Shown here one piece after another: positions 18,824 through 32,300 of a stretch of DNA of 34,520 nt. The stretch spans positions 1 to 34,520 of the forward strand of contig JBHGNT010000328.1 in NCBI GenBank assembly GCA_043228905.1, read 5' to 3'. The notes below the pieces were generated by a model. It did no database searches. It was given only the letters and a program-made list of their open reading frames with translations, and was not told where the DNA came from. The translations under genes and the position numbers were made by a program. How positions within the stretch are numbered: position 1 is the first letter of the stretch; the number at the start of each line of letters is the position of its first letter. The DNA is from Azolla caroliniana (lineage: Eukaryota > Plantae > Polypodiophyta).

Positions 18824-20308
18824 ATGGAAGCAATGGATGAAGGAATAATTGAGAGACAAATACAAATTAAGAGAGGAGAAGGAGAAGATGAGGTTATTTT
18901 GAAGAAACAAAAGATTGACATTAATAATATGCATGAGGGGGATATAGATATGATGCCAATATCATCATATGCACATGTGATGGGAGAAGGGGAGGAGGAG
19001 AGGAATGTGCAATATTGGGATTGGGATGTAATGCATGTAGTTGCTAATGAAGCACTCCATGAGATTTTAGCGGATAATACAAATATGGTGGCCAATGTAA
19101 AAGAGGATGAGATTGTCAAGGTGGAGATGCCACGTAGAGAAATCTTAAAGGCATTTTCCATGTTTCATGAGAGAGGCATTATTTGTTTCTTTATAGGGAA
19201 AAATCCTTTAGTAAATTGGGTGGCACAATGGCTAAATGCAATGATTGATAGGAATAGTGTGGAAGATGTGTATAACAGTCCACACGGGTTTTTTGAGGTC
19301 ATTTTTCAAACCGAAGAACAACGGGATAGATTGTTATCACGTTTGCTGGTCTTTTACAATAATAATTTAGTCTATATTGTCCCTTGGAAATCACTAGCCG
19401 AGTTTCAGGAAATTTTGAAACAAGAGTGTCCAATATGGGTGGAGGTAGAGCGTAAATTTTCGTTTTTATGGCCTATAATTCAAGGTGTCATGGAACAATT
19501 GGGAAAGGTGATAGTAGCCCCAAATGCCAAAGCATATAATAGATATAGATATAGGTTATCTATGCTATGGAATACAACAAAAAAGAGACCTTTGTGGCTA
19601 AACATAAAGACTGAGGAGATGAGGTCATTTTGTTGCCAATTGCATTGGGGATCATTTGCCGGTCATTGCTTTCGATGTGGTCATTTAGGCCATTTCATAG
19701 CGGAATGTCATCAAACACCGGAAATGGAGGTGACTAATAATTCCCATGGTAATGAGTTAATGCCAGACTCTATACTAAATGATAATGACGTGTTGAAAAC
19801 TAAGGAGGCAAATGTGGAAAAAGGTAAGTGTTGTTATTTTGGAACATAATGACAAATATATTGAAGAAACAAGAAAAGATTTAATGGATGAGGGTGGATC
19901 TTGGATTAAGGTGGCCTCTAAGGTAAATCATCCAAAGTACCAAAAAGACAAAGTTTATGCACATAATGGACAAGAGAGGGGTAGTTCCTCTAGGGATCCT
20001 ATGGGTTATCACATGCACATAATTATGATCAATTGAAAGGAAGGTCAAAACCGTGGCAAGGGTCACAATATAAACAATCCAATCAAGGGACAAAACCTTT
20101 CAACCTTAGGTTTGATAAGAACGGTAAAATCAGTTTACCATTAGAAAAACAAAATTGGAAAACAGATAATTCATGGGGTACAATGGTATCCACCAATAAT
20201 CATCGACCATTTGTGCAAAATGCATTTGCAGTCTTAAGTGATTATTTCGGTGATATACCAAAGATATTTGCACGACGAGAACAACAAGCCAAGAAGCAAT
20301 ATAATTAG
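18824..20308 (+). pseudogene. L1 ORF1 (DUF4283-like region plus CCHC zinc knuckle), frameshifted in its 3' third
   Basis: GFFEVIFQTEEQRDRLL..YIVPW..PIWVE..LGKVI and CFRCGHLGHFIAEC; continues through ORFs 19812-20036 and 20033-20308. Confidence 0.85.
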
Positions 20309-20314
20309 TGAGTG

Positions 20315-23300
20315 ATGAAGATAGTCACATGGAATGTAAGGGGAGTTTGTTCTCCGTCCAAGCAATATGGTATGTGGAAAAGTATTTTTAATAGTGAATG
20401 GGATATATTATGTGTAGTAGAACATAAGGAGCATGCCAAGTCTGGGTCTTCTTTTCATCATAAGCAATATCACGTGTTTTATGCTAGAGTCAATGGGGGC
20501 CCTTATTCAGGTATAATGCTTATTATAAGGGATAACTTGAAACCGGTAGTGGCTCAAAGAGATGTACAAGGTCGGTTTTTGGTGGTTGAAGTTAATTATG
20601 AAGGGAAACATATTTGGGTGGTTGGTATTTATGGATCGAATGTTGCAAGACATTGTATGGAACTTTGGAGATGCTTAAATCAAGTTTTGCTTCATGGGAG
20701 ATCCGGTTTTTTGTTAGGGGATTTTAATATGTGTTTTGAGGCGGGCCAATCTACTTTGATGCATGGCTTGATGGATGCTCCTGAACGAGAGGTATGGGAT
20801 TTGTTTATGATGGATGTTGTAAGGTATGATGCATGGACTTGGATCAATGGAAATGATGTTGGTTATACCTTTCAGTCGACACAATATAGATAAACTTGGA
20901 GTAGACTGGATCACATTTATATTATGCATGATGATACATTCTTGCCAGAGTTTTTGACTATGCAAGTGCATAGGGGGATTGGATCATCAGATCATTTTCC
21001 AGTTGTTTTGGAATGGACACATCAAACTGTGGATGGTTTTAGAGCTTTATTGGGGAGACAACCATTGAGATTTAATTCATCGTTTCTTGGACATGATAAA
21101 TTAAAGCATGCTATGGGACAATTGATGGGGAAGTTTACAAGACAAGTCAATGTCCACAATGTTTCGTCATGGGATATTTGTCTTTCCAATATACAACGAT
21201 TTACACGTTATTATGGAATTTATCAAGCATCTATCAGTAAACAAAAGATGAGTTTGTTACAACACTTTCTAGATAGATGTAATGCATTGTTGGTAAAGAT
21301 TCCATTGGATGATATGTTGTTGGATATTCAAGAGACATTGTCACTGGCCTTACAAGTATCAGAGGTTCGCAATTATCAACAATCACGAGTGAGGGCTATG
21401 AAAAATGAAGTACATGATCACGACTGTAATTCACATAAGTTTTACCATGGGTTGCAGGCATCTCATGCTAGAATGAATGTGGTAAATGTAGAGATTGATG
21501 GAACTTTGAATACAAACCCACAAGTGATTATTGATAATTGTGTTAAACATTTCACGAATCTTTTTGGGCAAGATTGTATTATGAATGATGGCATAACACA
21601 AGCACAATCGATGCTATTTAACTCGGTCAAGGTGAGTGGTGGGCAACATGACATGATTGCATTGGAGGAGGATATAAAGGAGGAGGTGGAATATGTATTA
21701 TCACATCTTGCAAGTGATAAAAGCTTGGGTTGGGATGGCATTACGAATGAGTTTTTTAAAGCCTTTTTACATGAACTCAAAGCCCCTCTAACAATTATAT
21801 TCCAAGAAATATGGAGTTTTTGTAAAATGCCTGATTCATGGAAACTTGGTATGGTTAACACTTATACCAAAAGTTGCATCTCCTATGTCTTTTTCTCAAT
21901 GGAGACCGATATCATTAATGGGTGGGATGTATAAGATTTTTGCCAAAGTAATTGCAAATAGACTTCAAAAGGTGTTGTCGTCTATGGTCCATCCAATTCA
22001 GTATGGGTTTATTAAGGGAAGGGATATCCTGCATAATATTTTGAATGTGCAAATGGCAGTGGATTATGCAAAGGAATCCAAACAACAAATTGTAATGATA
22101 CAACTCGACATCGAGGCATATGATAATGTAAGTTGGTCTTTTATTACTCAACTTATATCTCATATGGGTTTTGGGGAAAGGATGTCTCGAATATTGTTGT
22201 TGGTGGGATTAGGTGCAGTCTCACATGTTATGTTAAATGGTGGAGTTACTAAGGAAATACCATTGAAAAGATCACTTAGACAAGGATGCCCATTGAGTCC
22301 ACTGTTATTTGCAATTGCTACACACCCGATTTTGGTGAGGATGCATGAGTTGGCGACACGTGGGGAAATAGTTGGATTAGCTCTACCATCATGGAAACAT
22401 TTGATCGCCCAAGCATTGGCTGATGATTCGTTTTTATTTCTCAAAGCAACAGTTGATAACATAGCTAAAGCCATGGAGGTGTGGAATGTGTTTGCATTGG
22501 CATCATGATTACATATAAATATGTAGAAGTCGATGCTCATTAGATGCACTGAAAGTGATTTGGTGGATCTTGGATGGGGTGGCCAAATATTAGATCAAGG
22601 GAATGTGTGTTGACACTTAGGTTACCCTATTGGTGTTGATATCTCATCATCACAAAGTTTGAATTGGATATCGGGAACCATTTTGGACAAATTTATGTAT
22701 TGGAAGTCTCAAGCATGGTCGTTTAGTACTCGTCTCAAAGTGGTACAAGCTATAATGATTCCAATGATTTCTTATTTTTTGCCACTGTTACCGTGGGCAA
22801 AGAAATCACTTGATCATTTAGCTCGTTCACTTAAATATACACTATGGAAGAAAGACACAAACCTTGGTATGAGTTGGGTATCATGGAACAATATTTGTAC
22901 CCCAAAACGGTTAGGGGGTGTTGCTTTACTAAATTTAGAAGATCATATGGTGGCTCGAAGAATCAATCTTCTGAAAGGTATGTGCATAGGTACCCAACCT
23001 TGGGCAGAAATAAATACTTATTTTGTGGAAAAGCTTGGTATTTACCATGGGAAAACGAGAATTACAACTTCGTGGTGGCATGTTGTTAATAGTACTCGGC
23101 AGTTTAAGTGTTCAGAATCTAGTATGGTTCAACAATTGGTGCTTTTTGGGCAACGGTGTTTGAAGTTGTTTAATTGGAGGCCTCCTGAGTGCAGAAAAGA
23201 TATAAATTCATTGGCATTAGAGGTGTTAGCAGCTTCAAGGATATTACACTAGGAGGGAAAAGAAAGTCTAAATTCATAGTTCAATCGAATGACATGGCTA

Positions 23301-24160
23301 GGTTTGATCACTGTAGAAGATGGTATTTTAAAGTCACGTAGGAAAATGATGGCCTTTCAGACAATCAGAAATAAGTTTCATATACCACGTGGATATGGGT
23401 ATATTTGGCAATCAATATTGGCATTGCCTACATTAGTTTTCCCAATTCTAGAGTTGGTGGTCGAGGAACCATGGAAAGATTGGTCATTTGGTAATGGGAA
23501 ATCGATTTATGTGGTGCACACTAATGATGTGTACCATAAGTTGGTTGAAGATAGAGCTTGGTTAGAAAACAAGGTGTTGGATGCATGGAGCATTACTAGA
23601 AATGCAAAGTGGTGGCGTAGAGTTTTAGATGCAGGGTGGCAGTTTCGTCTTCCATTACGCACTAAGGTATTTCTTTGGCGTGCCATAGTTGGTGGGTTGC
23701 CTTTGGCGATGGCCTTAAAACGAAGACATATTTCGAATGGGACATGTTTTTTTTGTACGGTGTTTGAAGAAGATGCCAAACATAGGTTCATTACATGTTC
23801 GGTTGCTAAGGCCATTTGGGTGATTATGTCAAAATTTTGGGCCTCGATAACAGGGAATATTTTGTCATCTTATAAATGGGTTTTTATGGATGAGGATAAA
23901 GTTATGCCCACACCATCATATAAGGTGGTTTTTGATTACCTTAGATATTGGGGGGTGTGGTTTAATTGAATCATGAGAAATTAGTTCTTGTTTGATGGAC
24001 TTCATGGGATAACACAACAAATCCGTATGATGAAAGGGAAATTGATTTGGCAATTTTCACAACTATGTTGTATGTGGATCTTGTCCCAAGAGGAGATAGA
24101 CTTATGTCATTTAGTTTTACAACACTTGAGAGGGTTTCCCTTGCACTATCACTATTTATA
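20315..24160 (+). pseudogene. L1 ORF2 (APE endonuclease, reverse transcriptase, zf-RVT) with stops and frameshifts
   Basis: MKIVTWNVRG, LLGDFN, SRLDHIY, SDHFPV; KSLGWDG, WRPISL, QYGFIKGR, LRQGCPLSPLLF, QALADD; KVFLWR..GLP..CFFC..EDAKHRFITC. Confidence 0.92.
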
Positions 24161-25000
24161 AAGTAGTGAAGATAGCAAGGGCTGTATTATCATTTTGTTT
24201 TAATAACAAACATTGATTTACGAAAAAATAAATAAATTGAATGTGCTTACTAGGAAAGGAGGGATATCCTCAAATTGAAAAAGAAGTTGAACATCCTTAT
24301 TAAGGAGGGGAAGGGGGATATTCGCAAAATGAGAGGTATAATAAATGAGATATTCTCTCATTTAATTTTCATGGAATTATAAAAGTACTTTTGACTATGT
24401 ATGTATACATATAGCTAGAACTTGGGGGAAAAGCATGATATTTAAATATATTATAACGAGAGGTACATACATATGTATAACCTTCTTCCCTTAAGAATAT
24501 AATGTGTAACTTCTCATTAGAAAGAATATATTGATTAATATACTCTAAATATATATGGTAGTGGAGATGTTTGTACTTTTTTGCAAAAATTAATCAATGT
24601 TTAAAAAGATAGGTCACCAACTTAGTTGGAACAAGTTCTTGAGTTGATACGCGTGTACAAGTAGTCTAATATCTAAGTGACACCATCAAATGAGTGCGTA
24701 CTAATACCATCCACTTGCATAAGTCTAAGATGCACAATTAAAATAACATTCGACACCGATGAGATAGATACTATGACCAAATTCAAGTCATTGGAAAATG
24801 CCAAAATGTAACACGTAGACTACGTGCCAAAATGTTAGAGATTGATGTAGTATTGAATATTGCAAACCCTAAATGCATAAAATACATCCGCCAACACATC
24901 ATATACTCCAAGACCTTGTACACCATTTGTACCAAGCTTGGAGTTTAGAATCAACATAACATGAACACATTTGATCCTCATATACATGGAAAATCGATTG

Positions 25001-25125
25001 CAACATTCATTGGTAAAGTTCTTGAACATCGAGAGTCGCTACTCACTTTCACATGTATTACGTGAAATGTAATATTTTTGGTCTCATATGTCGTATTTGA
25101 CCTCCCAATACGATAATAAAATCTC
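25001..25125 (-). repeat. Inverted copy of the 6424-6548 repeat
   Basis: caacattcattggtaaagttcttgaacatcgagagtcgctactcactttcacatgtattacgtgaaatgtaatatttttggtc... Confidence 0.85.
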
Positions 25126-25710
25126 TCTCTCTCTCTCAATATTATCGATATTAATATTAAACAGAATCAATTCATAATATATTGTCAACATGGAGTACTA
25201 AATCCAAGTGTATGTATGGAGTACTAATTCCAAGTTTTATGACGCAACCTTCACACCTACTTTCTCCTTTTTATACCCCAACATACCATCTATCTCAGTG
25301 GCTCTCCGTCGTGTCATTCATTGACTTTTGCATTACTAGTTTTGATATAGATTTCCTTATGTGGGCATTCCACGACTACGAGAGAGAGCTGAATGGGTTT
25401 ATCACAGGCTTAGTATTCGTTGGCTTGCATGGCACACATATCAGCTCGAAGGTCATCAGGACAAGCATCAATAACCGAGTATCCTCCATGTCGGGGCGGG
25501 CCTCGAGATTTGCATGCAATGAAGTTCATGTGCATACTTAGTCAGCTCTTTTGACTACTCGGGGCGGTTCCAATATCGGGTTGTGTAGAGGAACTACTCG
25601 GGGTTGGATCATGTGGCAGTGCAGGTGTGAGTAGTATTCCGAGGCCGAAAAGTAGAGCGACAGTGGACGAGTGTGGCACGTGACGATAAAAGTGAAGAGT
25701 TGCATGCTTC

Positions 25711-25815
25711 TTGTGTGTGTGTGTGTTGGGTTGGGTTGGGTTGGGTTGGGTTGGGGGGGTGGTAACTTGTAAGAAAGAGAGTATGTATGTATGTATGTAT
25801 GTATGTATGTATGTA
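25711..25815. repeat. Compound microsatellite (TG)n-(GGGTT)n-(TATG)n upstream of the NTMC2T6-like gene
   Basis: Directly visible. Confidence 0.9.
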
Positions 25816-25996
25816 GTTGGTTCGTTTAAATCCCAAAAAAATTGCACAAACGTGGACAGCTCACCAAAGAAGACTCAGAAGTCTGAAGAAGAAGTCGAAT
25901 GAATCGAAGCAGAAGAAGATGATCCCGAAGTAGAAAGGTTGGGAAGGATCACACGTCGAAGAAGAAGCAGAAACAATCAGGGAAAGAAAGAAAGAT

Positions 25997-26027
<31 letters not shown>

Positions 26028-26171
26028 AGCAGAAGAAAAGATCGGATGTCCATCCATGCACCCCGCTACACGCCAATTCTTCGAATCAGGCGAAAGGTGA
26101 GGGCAGACTCAGGATTAACGTATCAGGTCCATTCGTCTTCCCTGTGAAAGACCTTCTCTCTTCGAGGTGCC

Positions 26172-26366
26172 ATGGAACCTCCCTCTTCTTCTTCTTCTTC
26201 TTCTTCGTCTTCACCATCATCTTCTCTTCAGCAGAGTTCGATTAATTTCCTCGACCAACCTTTCCTCGTCAACATTGGAATTGTTCTCTTCCTCCTCTGG
26301 TTGGCTTCTTTCTTCCATGTCTCCTCCATCTGGATCTTCGCCCTAGCTTTCCTCTTCTTGTTCGAG
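26172..26366 (+). CDS. NTMC2T6: NTMC2T6-like exon 1 (poly-Ser plus transmembrane segment)
   Basis: ATG 26172; GAG|gtaaat. Confidence 0.85.
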
Positions 26367-29300
26367 GTAAATTAATTGCAACTTCTACTTACTGATGTAT
26401 TACATCTATAGTTCCATTATTCATATTTTAGGAGAAACACTGTTTCTTTTCTAGGCGAATTTTCCTTCCCTTCCCTTCCCTTCCCTTCCCTTTCTTGAAA
26501 AATTCCCTGTGAAGCTGTATTTTCTCGAGTTTTTCCCTGCTAGGACGTATCGTTTTATACTGATTTCTTATCTCGATTTTTTTTTCTTATGTCTTTTGAG
26601 AGATTTTGCTTCTATTTTGAAGGGAATTTCCCGTCCCTTCTCTTATCTTTCTTGAAATCTTCCAGTAAAGATGGACCCCTTCATGGTGCTTTCTTACGTG
26701 AAATGTTCCATTCTTATTGCATGTTTTTGAATTTCTGCTTCTATTCCAAAATAAAATTCCTTCCTTTTTCTTGAATTTTACCTTCAAATTTTGCGTGTCC
26801 TCATTCTCTCTTTCTGATATGTGAAACCTTCCATTCTGCCGTCTTTTGAGAAGTTTGCTTCTATTTTGGGGAGGTTTCCCTTCGTTTTACTTATTTCTAA
26901 ACATTTGCACATCTTCTCTTATGACTTCTTACGTAGAATTCTCGAGTTTGTGCCTGGACTGTGAAGGCTTTCATACTCACGGTTAGTTTGATGTGCCCAT
27001 CGGCGCCTGACTCGAAGATGCAGATCATCGTAGGAACGTTTGCATGGCATACCTTTCTTTCTTGAAGTAGGTTCCCTTCCTTTGCTTATTCCTCGTCATT
27101 TTCCTGATGCATCTTTTCTTACCGATTTCTTATGTGGAATGTTTTGAGTTGTGAATTCTTTCTTTATTGATGCAATGTCCTTTCCTTAGGCACATTTGCA
27201 TACAGATTCTTATGTGAAGTGTTCCAATCACGATATCTTCTGAGAATTTTGTAAGTTTTCAATGCGAAGCTCCATACCAAATTCTTTTTGGAAAATTTCC
27301 ATTCCCAATATCTGTTGAGGGTTTCTGATTCTTTTTTAAATGAATCTCTTTTCTCTCTATTTTTGCGTGGTGGATCTTTTCCTAACATTTTCTTATGTGG
27401 GAAGTAGAAAGGGATTGGAAATTATTAGCAAAAAGTGCAATGCTCTGGAAATTGATGTGAAGATAATGAATGGAATCCCTTATAATATAATAAAAAAGAG
27501 GACTTGATGAGGGAAATTAATGACGAAAAGAGGTAACCAACTTATGGACTTTATGGTGGAAAATTGCAATTGATGGGGATAAATGGCTAAAAGAATTTTG
27601 AAAACTCCACAATTTGAAAGTATTTTGAACTCTCCTCATATTATTGTGAAGGGATGTGAATATGCAAGAATAATTTAATCTCAAAGTAGAACCAAGTATA
27701 CCATCAAACTAAATTGATCATAATAAACTTGACAAAGAGTCATTTAGGGTGTTCATGAACCAATTTCAAAGGTATCTTTGAACATATTGGGCCTACATAT
27801 TGTATACTGGGACCAGTGATTTAACTCACAACTATGAGCACTCTGTAATGGCTTTTAATTTCACATAAAGTAAATAAAAGTCTAGACGTATGGTGAACAC
27901 AATAACCCATAACATAAATTGCAAACCTCTGCCATCTGTTTCTTACATGTGGTTTTTTCTTTTTTGTTGCTTGGATTTGGTATAATTATACAGGCAAATC
28001 GTATTTATGTCAAGAGATTACGTAGACAAATGCGCAGTGAGGGGAAGAGGTCTGCACTCCAAGACAGAGTACTTCTGCAGATCCCATTGATACTTAAAAC
28101 TTGTTTTTATTACATTTTTTCTCATGTTGCAAATTTCAACATCATCTATTGCATTTTCAGCCTCTTTCTGACTTCCAAGAAGCGCAGTGGCTCAATCAAG
28201 CTATTGAGAAGATGTGGCCACAGTTCCTTGAAAAAGCTATATCTCAAGATATTTTGGGACCAATGATTCCTTGGTTTCTTGACAGATTTAAGCCGGGGAC
28301 AGTTGTGAGATTCTTTACATTGAGAACTCTTAATTGGTTTTTATTTTCTCTTATCATAATTAGAGATCCTATTTGGGAAAGAAAGGAAGATATATTAATG
28401 TCTTTTAAGAGGCAAAAATGATCTATAGACCAAACAAGAGATTACATCTTAAGTGTTACCTTGTCTTTGAGAACAACAAAACAAATTAAATTAGTGTTAG
28501 TAAGTAAATAAGTAAATAAGATAAAAAGAGACTAAATAATCGTGTTATCGGTACATGTAAGATTCTCTAGTCAGATATATCGTAAATTTTGTCTTCCAAA
28601 GATCTTTAGTCAGAGAAAGTTACAATGGCAGAGATGTATATGTGAATACAAACTTTCTATTACATATGAGAATAGCTCGCAATGGTAATCCACTTGTGCG
28701 CTCACACCTTAGAGCATTGATGGGATCTGGACCAGTTGACTACAAAATTAGTGGGGATGGATAATAGTCACACCCACGGTGTAAGAGATAGAGAGAGTGG
28801 ATTATATTCTCTGTTTGGTCTTAGTGTCACGTGCAAGTCAGTTGATAGTGGCGGGGATATTCCCTTCCTAAGGAGTACTAGATAGTACTTATCTTAAAGT
28901 CAATGACAAATGCTTCAAGACTAAGAATATCTTAACTTGCCATGCCAGCAAAGAACATTTGTATAGTTTACTACTAGACAATCCCATTACCCTACTTCCC
29001 TCTTTCCTAAATACATTCTCTCCTACTCACTTCAGTTTCCCACATTGATACCTCATCAATCCATATGGTCACGTTGCAATAGATACTCCGCATTTGGGGC
29101 GCTATCACAAAATGTGCTCTCAAAGAATACATGTGGGGATAAATGTGACAACATGGGGTTGATCATTGATTATATCTAACATAGCCTAGTTTGATCTAAC
29201 ATGGAGAGGTCTTCGAAGCTAGGGAAGCGTCTGCCCTGGCAAGAGATAATGGCATTTGTCCGTCAATGACAAGGGTGGTGAGATTATGGTCCATGGGGTT

Positions 29301-32300
29301 GAGGCCTATGTGAACGGCAAATTGCTTTCACCCAATCTATTGTAACCCCTTTGTTATATCCTGGTCGGGAGCCCATTTGTGTAGCCATTGTTGACTTGTA
29401 GCATGAGTAGGAGAGGTGGGACTAAAGAAACTTGTTATTGTTCTTTGTTGATGAGCTTGTGTAGTTGTGCTATTGTCCTTCCAACAACTTTTCCCGGTTT
29501 CTCTTGACTTCTAGCAAGAAAAGCCCCAATGACCATTCTAGCCTTGCGTAGAGAGGGAATGGTATCTCCGTCTTATCTAATAAAAAACACTACAATGACA
29601 AAACATAGTTATTCTTCATATTCCTCTCCCTAATGACACAATCCACAAATTCTTTCTTCTAGATGTATTTGTGCATGCGCACCTCAATCTCTAACTGATG
29701 TGATGAAGTTCACAACTGCCCTATCACCTTGTACAATGCATAGGATAGATGTATGCCCGTATTAGATGGTCTGATGATTAATCCGTCGTCGGGTGTGTGT
29801 AAAAACTGTCCTACTAAGTGATATTTTGTGGCTGATCCATGTTATCTTGTTTTCTAACTTAATAATATCAATTTGGATGACTACTCTTTTTCACTTTGGT
29901 CATGTTTAGATGTGGATAGTCCAAGCTGTAGGGTCGTGCATTTATACTCATGCCATGTGACTCGAACTATTGTTGCATTTTAGCATACCAACAATGGATG
30001 TCTTCATGTTCAGCGAGTTGTCTTGATAACATAAGTGCCAACCTTGATTACTTTTAGGGAGCTCCCAAAGTGGTTGGATATAGGTCATTGATCCGAATCA
30101 TGGCTCAATAATTATAGGGGCTGCTCCCATCTTTGCCCGGATTATATCATAAGGTACCGATGCTTTGTTCCTTAACATGTAGGCGATCATGAACACTAAA
30201 GGTCTCTCTAAATCTTTCTAGTTATTTGCCTTGTTAATGTTCGGTCCCCATGTTTCTACTCTATAGAGCAGAGTTGGTTCACAAGTGTATCAATTAGCCA
30301 CAATTTAGTTCGTGGCTCTTGGAACTGCAAATGTGCACGTCGTCTTTCGAGAGCACCAAGGACTGCATATCCACGAGAAAGTCCAGCACAAGAACCCTCC
30401 TATAAGGAGAGCCTAGGCCCTGTAAATGTTGCTCCTAGATATGAGAGGAACATGAATATGCCACCTTTTCCTCTCCCAAGAAGAATTCTGGTTCTGGTCT
30501 TACCCGTGATTAAGTGGTGTTAAACACTGTCACTTTAGTTTTATCCATGTTTATCGACAAACCTTTGCCCGTATAAAATAGTTTTAAGGCATTTAGATGT
30601 CTTTGTAGTTCCTCCGGAGGGTCAGAAATCAATACTATCATCAGCGTATAGTAATATTTTTATAGCTATACCCGATAGACATGCTCCCGAACCCCTGAAT
30701 CTCAATATCATCATGATCACTCTATTCTTTTCCACTTTGTTCATGTTTAGGTTGGGACAATCCAAGATTTAATGGAACATGTGGCTCATGTAGTTTCTTA
30801 AGATTCCTCTTATGCTTAAGCAAAGACATATATGTGCCTAAGAGGAGGGGCTTGGCATGTCGAAGTAGGCATGCAGTTATTAAAGATAGGAAGCATAGTG
30901 AATGCTTGACATCAATAATGTGACATGCTGCTCATTCCCAATCTCCTGATTACAGCAGATTGTGAAATGTGGTTTGGTCCAAGTCTTCTCCAAGCAAAAT
31001 AATTATAGAAGTCTAGTAAAGTAAAGCAAAATTTACACATTTTGTAGGCTATGTATTAACATCTTCAATATTGTGAAGCCTGGTAAAATAGAGGAAAATT
31101 TGCGCATTTTATAGGCTAAAGTTGTGTTGCAACAACTATCTTTGGGAAGGAGGCCACCTATGTTTACTGGCGTTCGTATCGTTGACTCAGCCTCTGGAGA
31201 TGACCATCTTGTAATTATGCCCTCTGTACAAATTATTATGACTCTTATTACTTGTATTTGTTTTCATAAAGAGCTCCTCATTATGCAGATCATGGAACTT
31301 CATTTACACTTCCTAGCTGGAGAGGACATGACTGCAGTGTTAAGTGCTCAAATGAGAGGATTGGGTATATGGACAAATATTCATATTTCTAAGTTGCTGA
31401 TCGAAGGAAAGGTACATATTTTTCTGTTTAATAGTATTGCTTTACATTTGAACAATCAGGGCTAAGTAGTCATGTCAAGTTCCATATGACTCTTCAGGAG
31501 TGTACAATGATATGCATGAAAACACTTAGGTTTTATGTTATATAAAAGACATATTGTAAAATATTTACTGTTATTTCAGGTACGTGTTGGAATCAAGCTA
31601 TTAAATGAACTGCCTTACTTAAGTCGGGTTCGCCTTAACTTCGAGACTCTCCCTGAAGTACAAATGACTGTACGGCCCTTGTTTACGCATGGTGTCAATG
31701 TTAGTGACATCCCTTTAGTTGCAGGATGGATGGTAGGCGAATACATACTGATCTTCTTGATAACATGTTACTGGTATATTTCATTGAAAATATTTTGGAT
31801 ATATGCAGGATAGGCTGGTAGCAGATATTTTTGAAAAATGTTTGGTACAGGTATGAATATGATTATTCTTGCATCTATAATACAGATTGAAATGGAAGAA
31901 GATAGATTTCTAGCTCACCAAAATTACAAGCAACTATCATGGGTATATCAAAAACTTGGAATTGCAGGCATTGCATCATTGTATGATAAATTCAAAAACA
32001 GATTATAGAACTTATTTGTTTATTTGAGTGTATTGTTAATTGCAAAATAGTCTGTCCAAGATGGTATTTATCATTTTTATTTATTTTGGAGATTAGCGTT
32101 TATGAGAGTTACCAACATTAGGATTTATAGATCAATACCATTCCAGGGAGAGTGCTGCTTTATAGGAAATTGTTATTCAAAATTGCAGATGATTGGCTTT
32201 TTATTAATGGGGGGGTTTTGGGCTTATGCTTGTTACATTTTGGTGCATGGACTTGCTATCTTTGATGCTCTACTTTTTGTGCATAAGGGTGACTGTATTT

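Larger units (their letters stand above)
18445..24233 (+). mobile_element. Full-length L1-clade LINE (mutated) with a 16-bp TSD
   Basis: TSD AAATTGAATGTGCTTA at 18429-18444 and 24234-24249; purine-rich 5' UTR; ORF1 and ORF2; A-rich tail at 24223-24233. Confidence 0.93.

Noticed and set aside
21463-23815. Minus-strand ORFs of 82-132 aa
   Set aside because: They are antisense shadows of L1 ORF2.
24180-24222. U2 snRNA-like sequence at the L1 3' end
   Set aside because: The resemblance is superficial; the branch-pairing GTGTAGTA and the rest of U2 are absent.
25727-25756. Telomere-like repeat
   Set aside because: The unit is GGGTT, not TTTAGGG, and is part of a short compound microsatellite.
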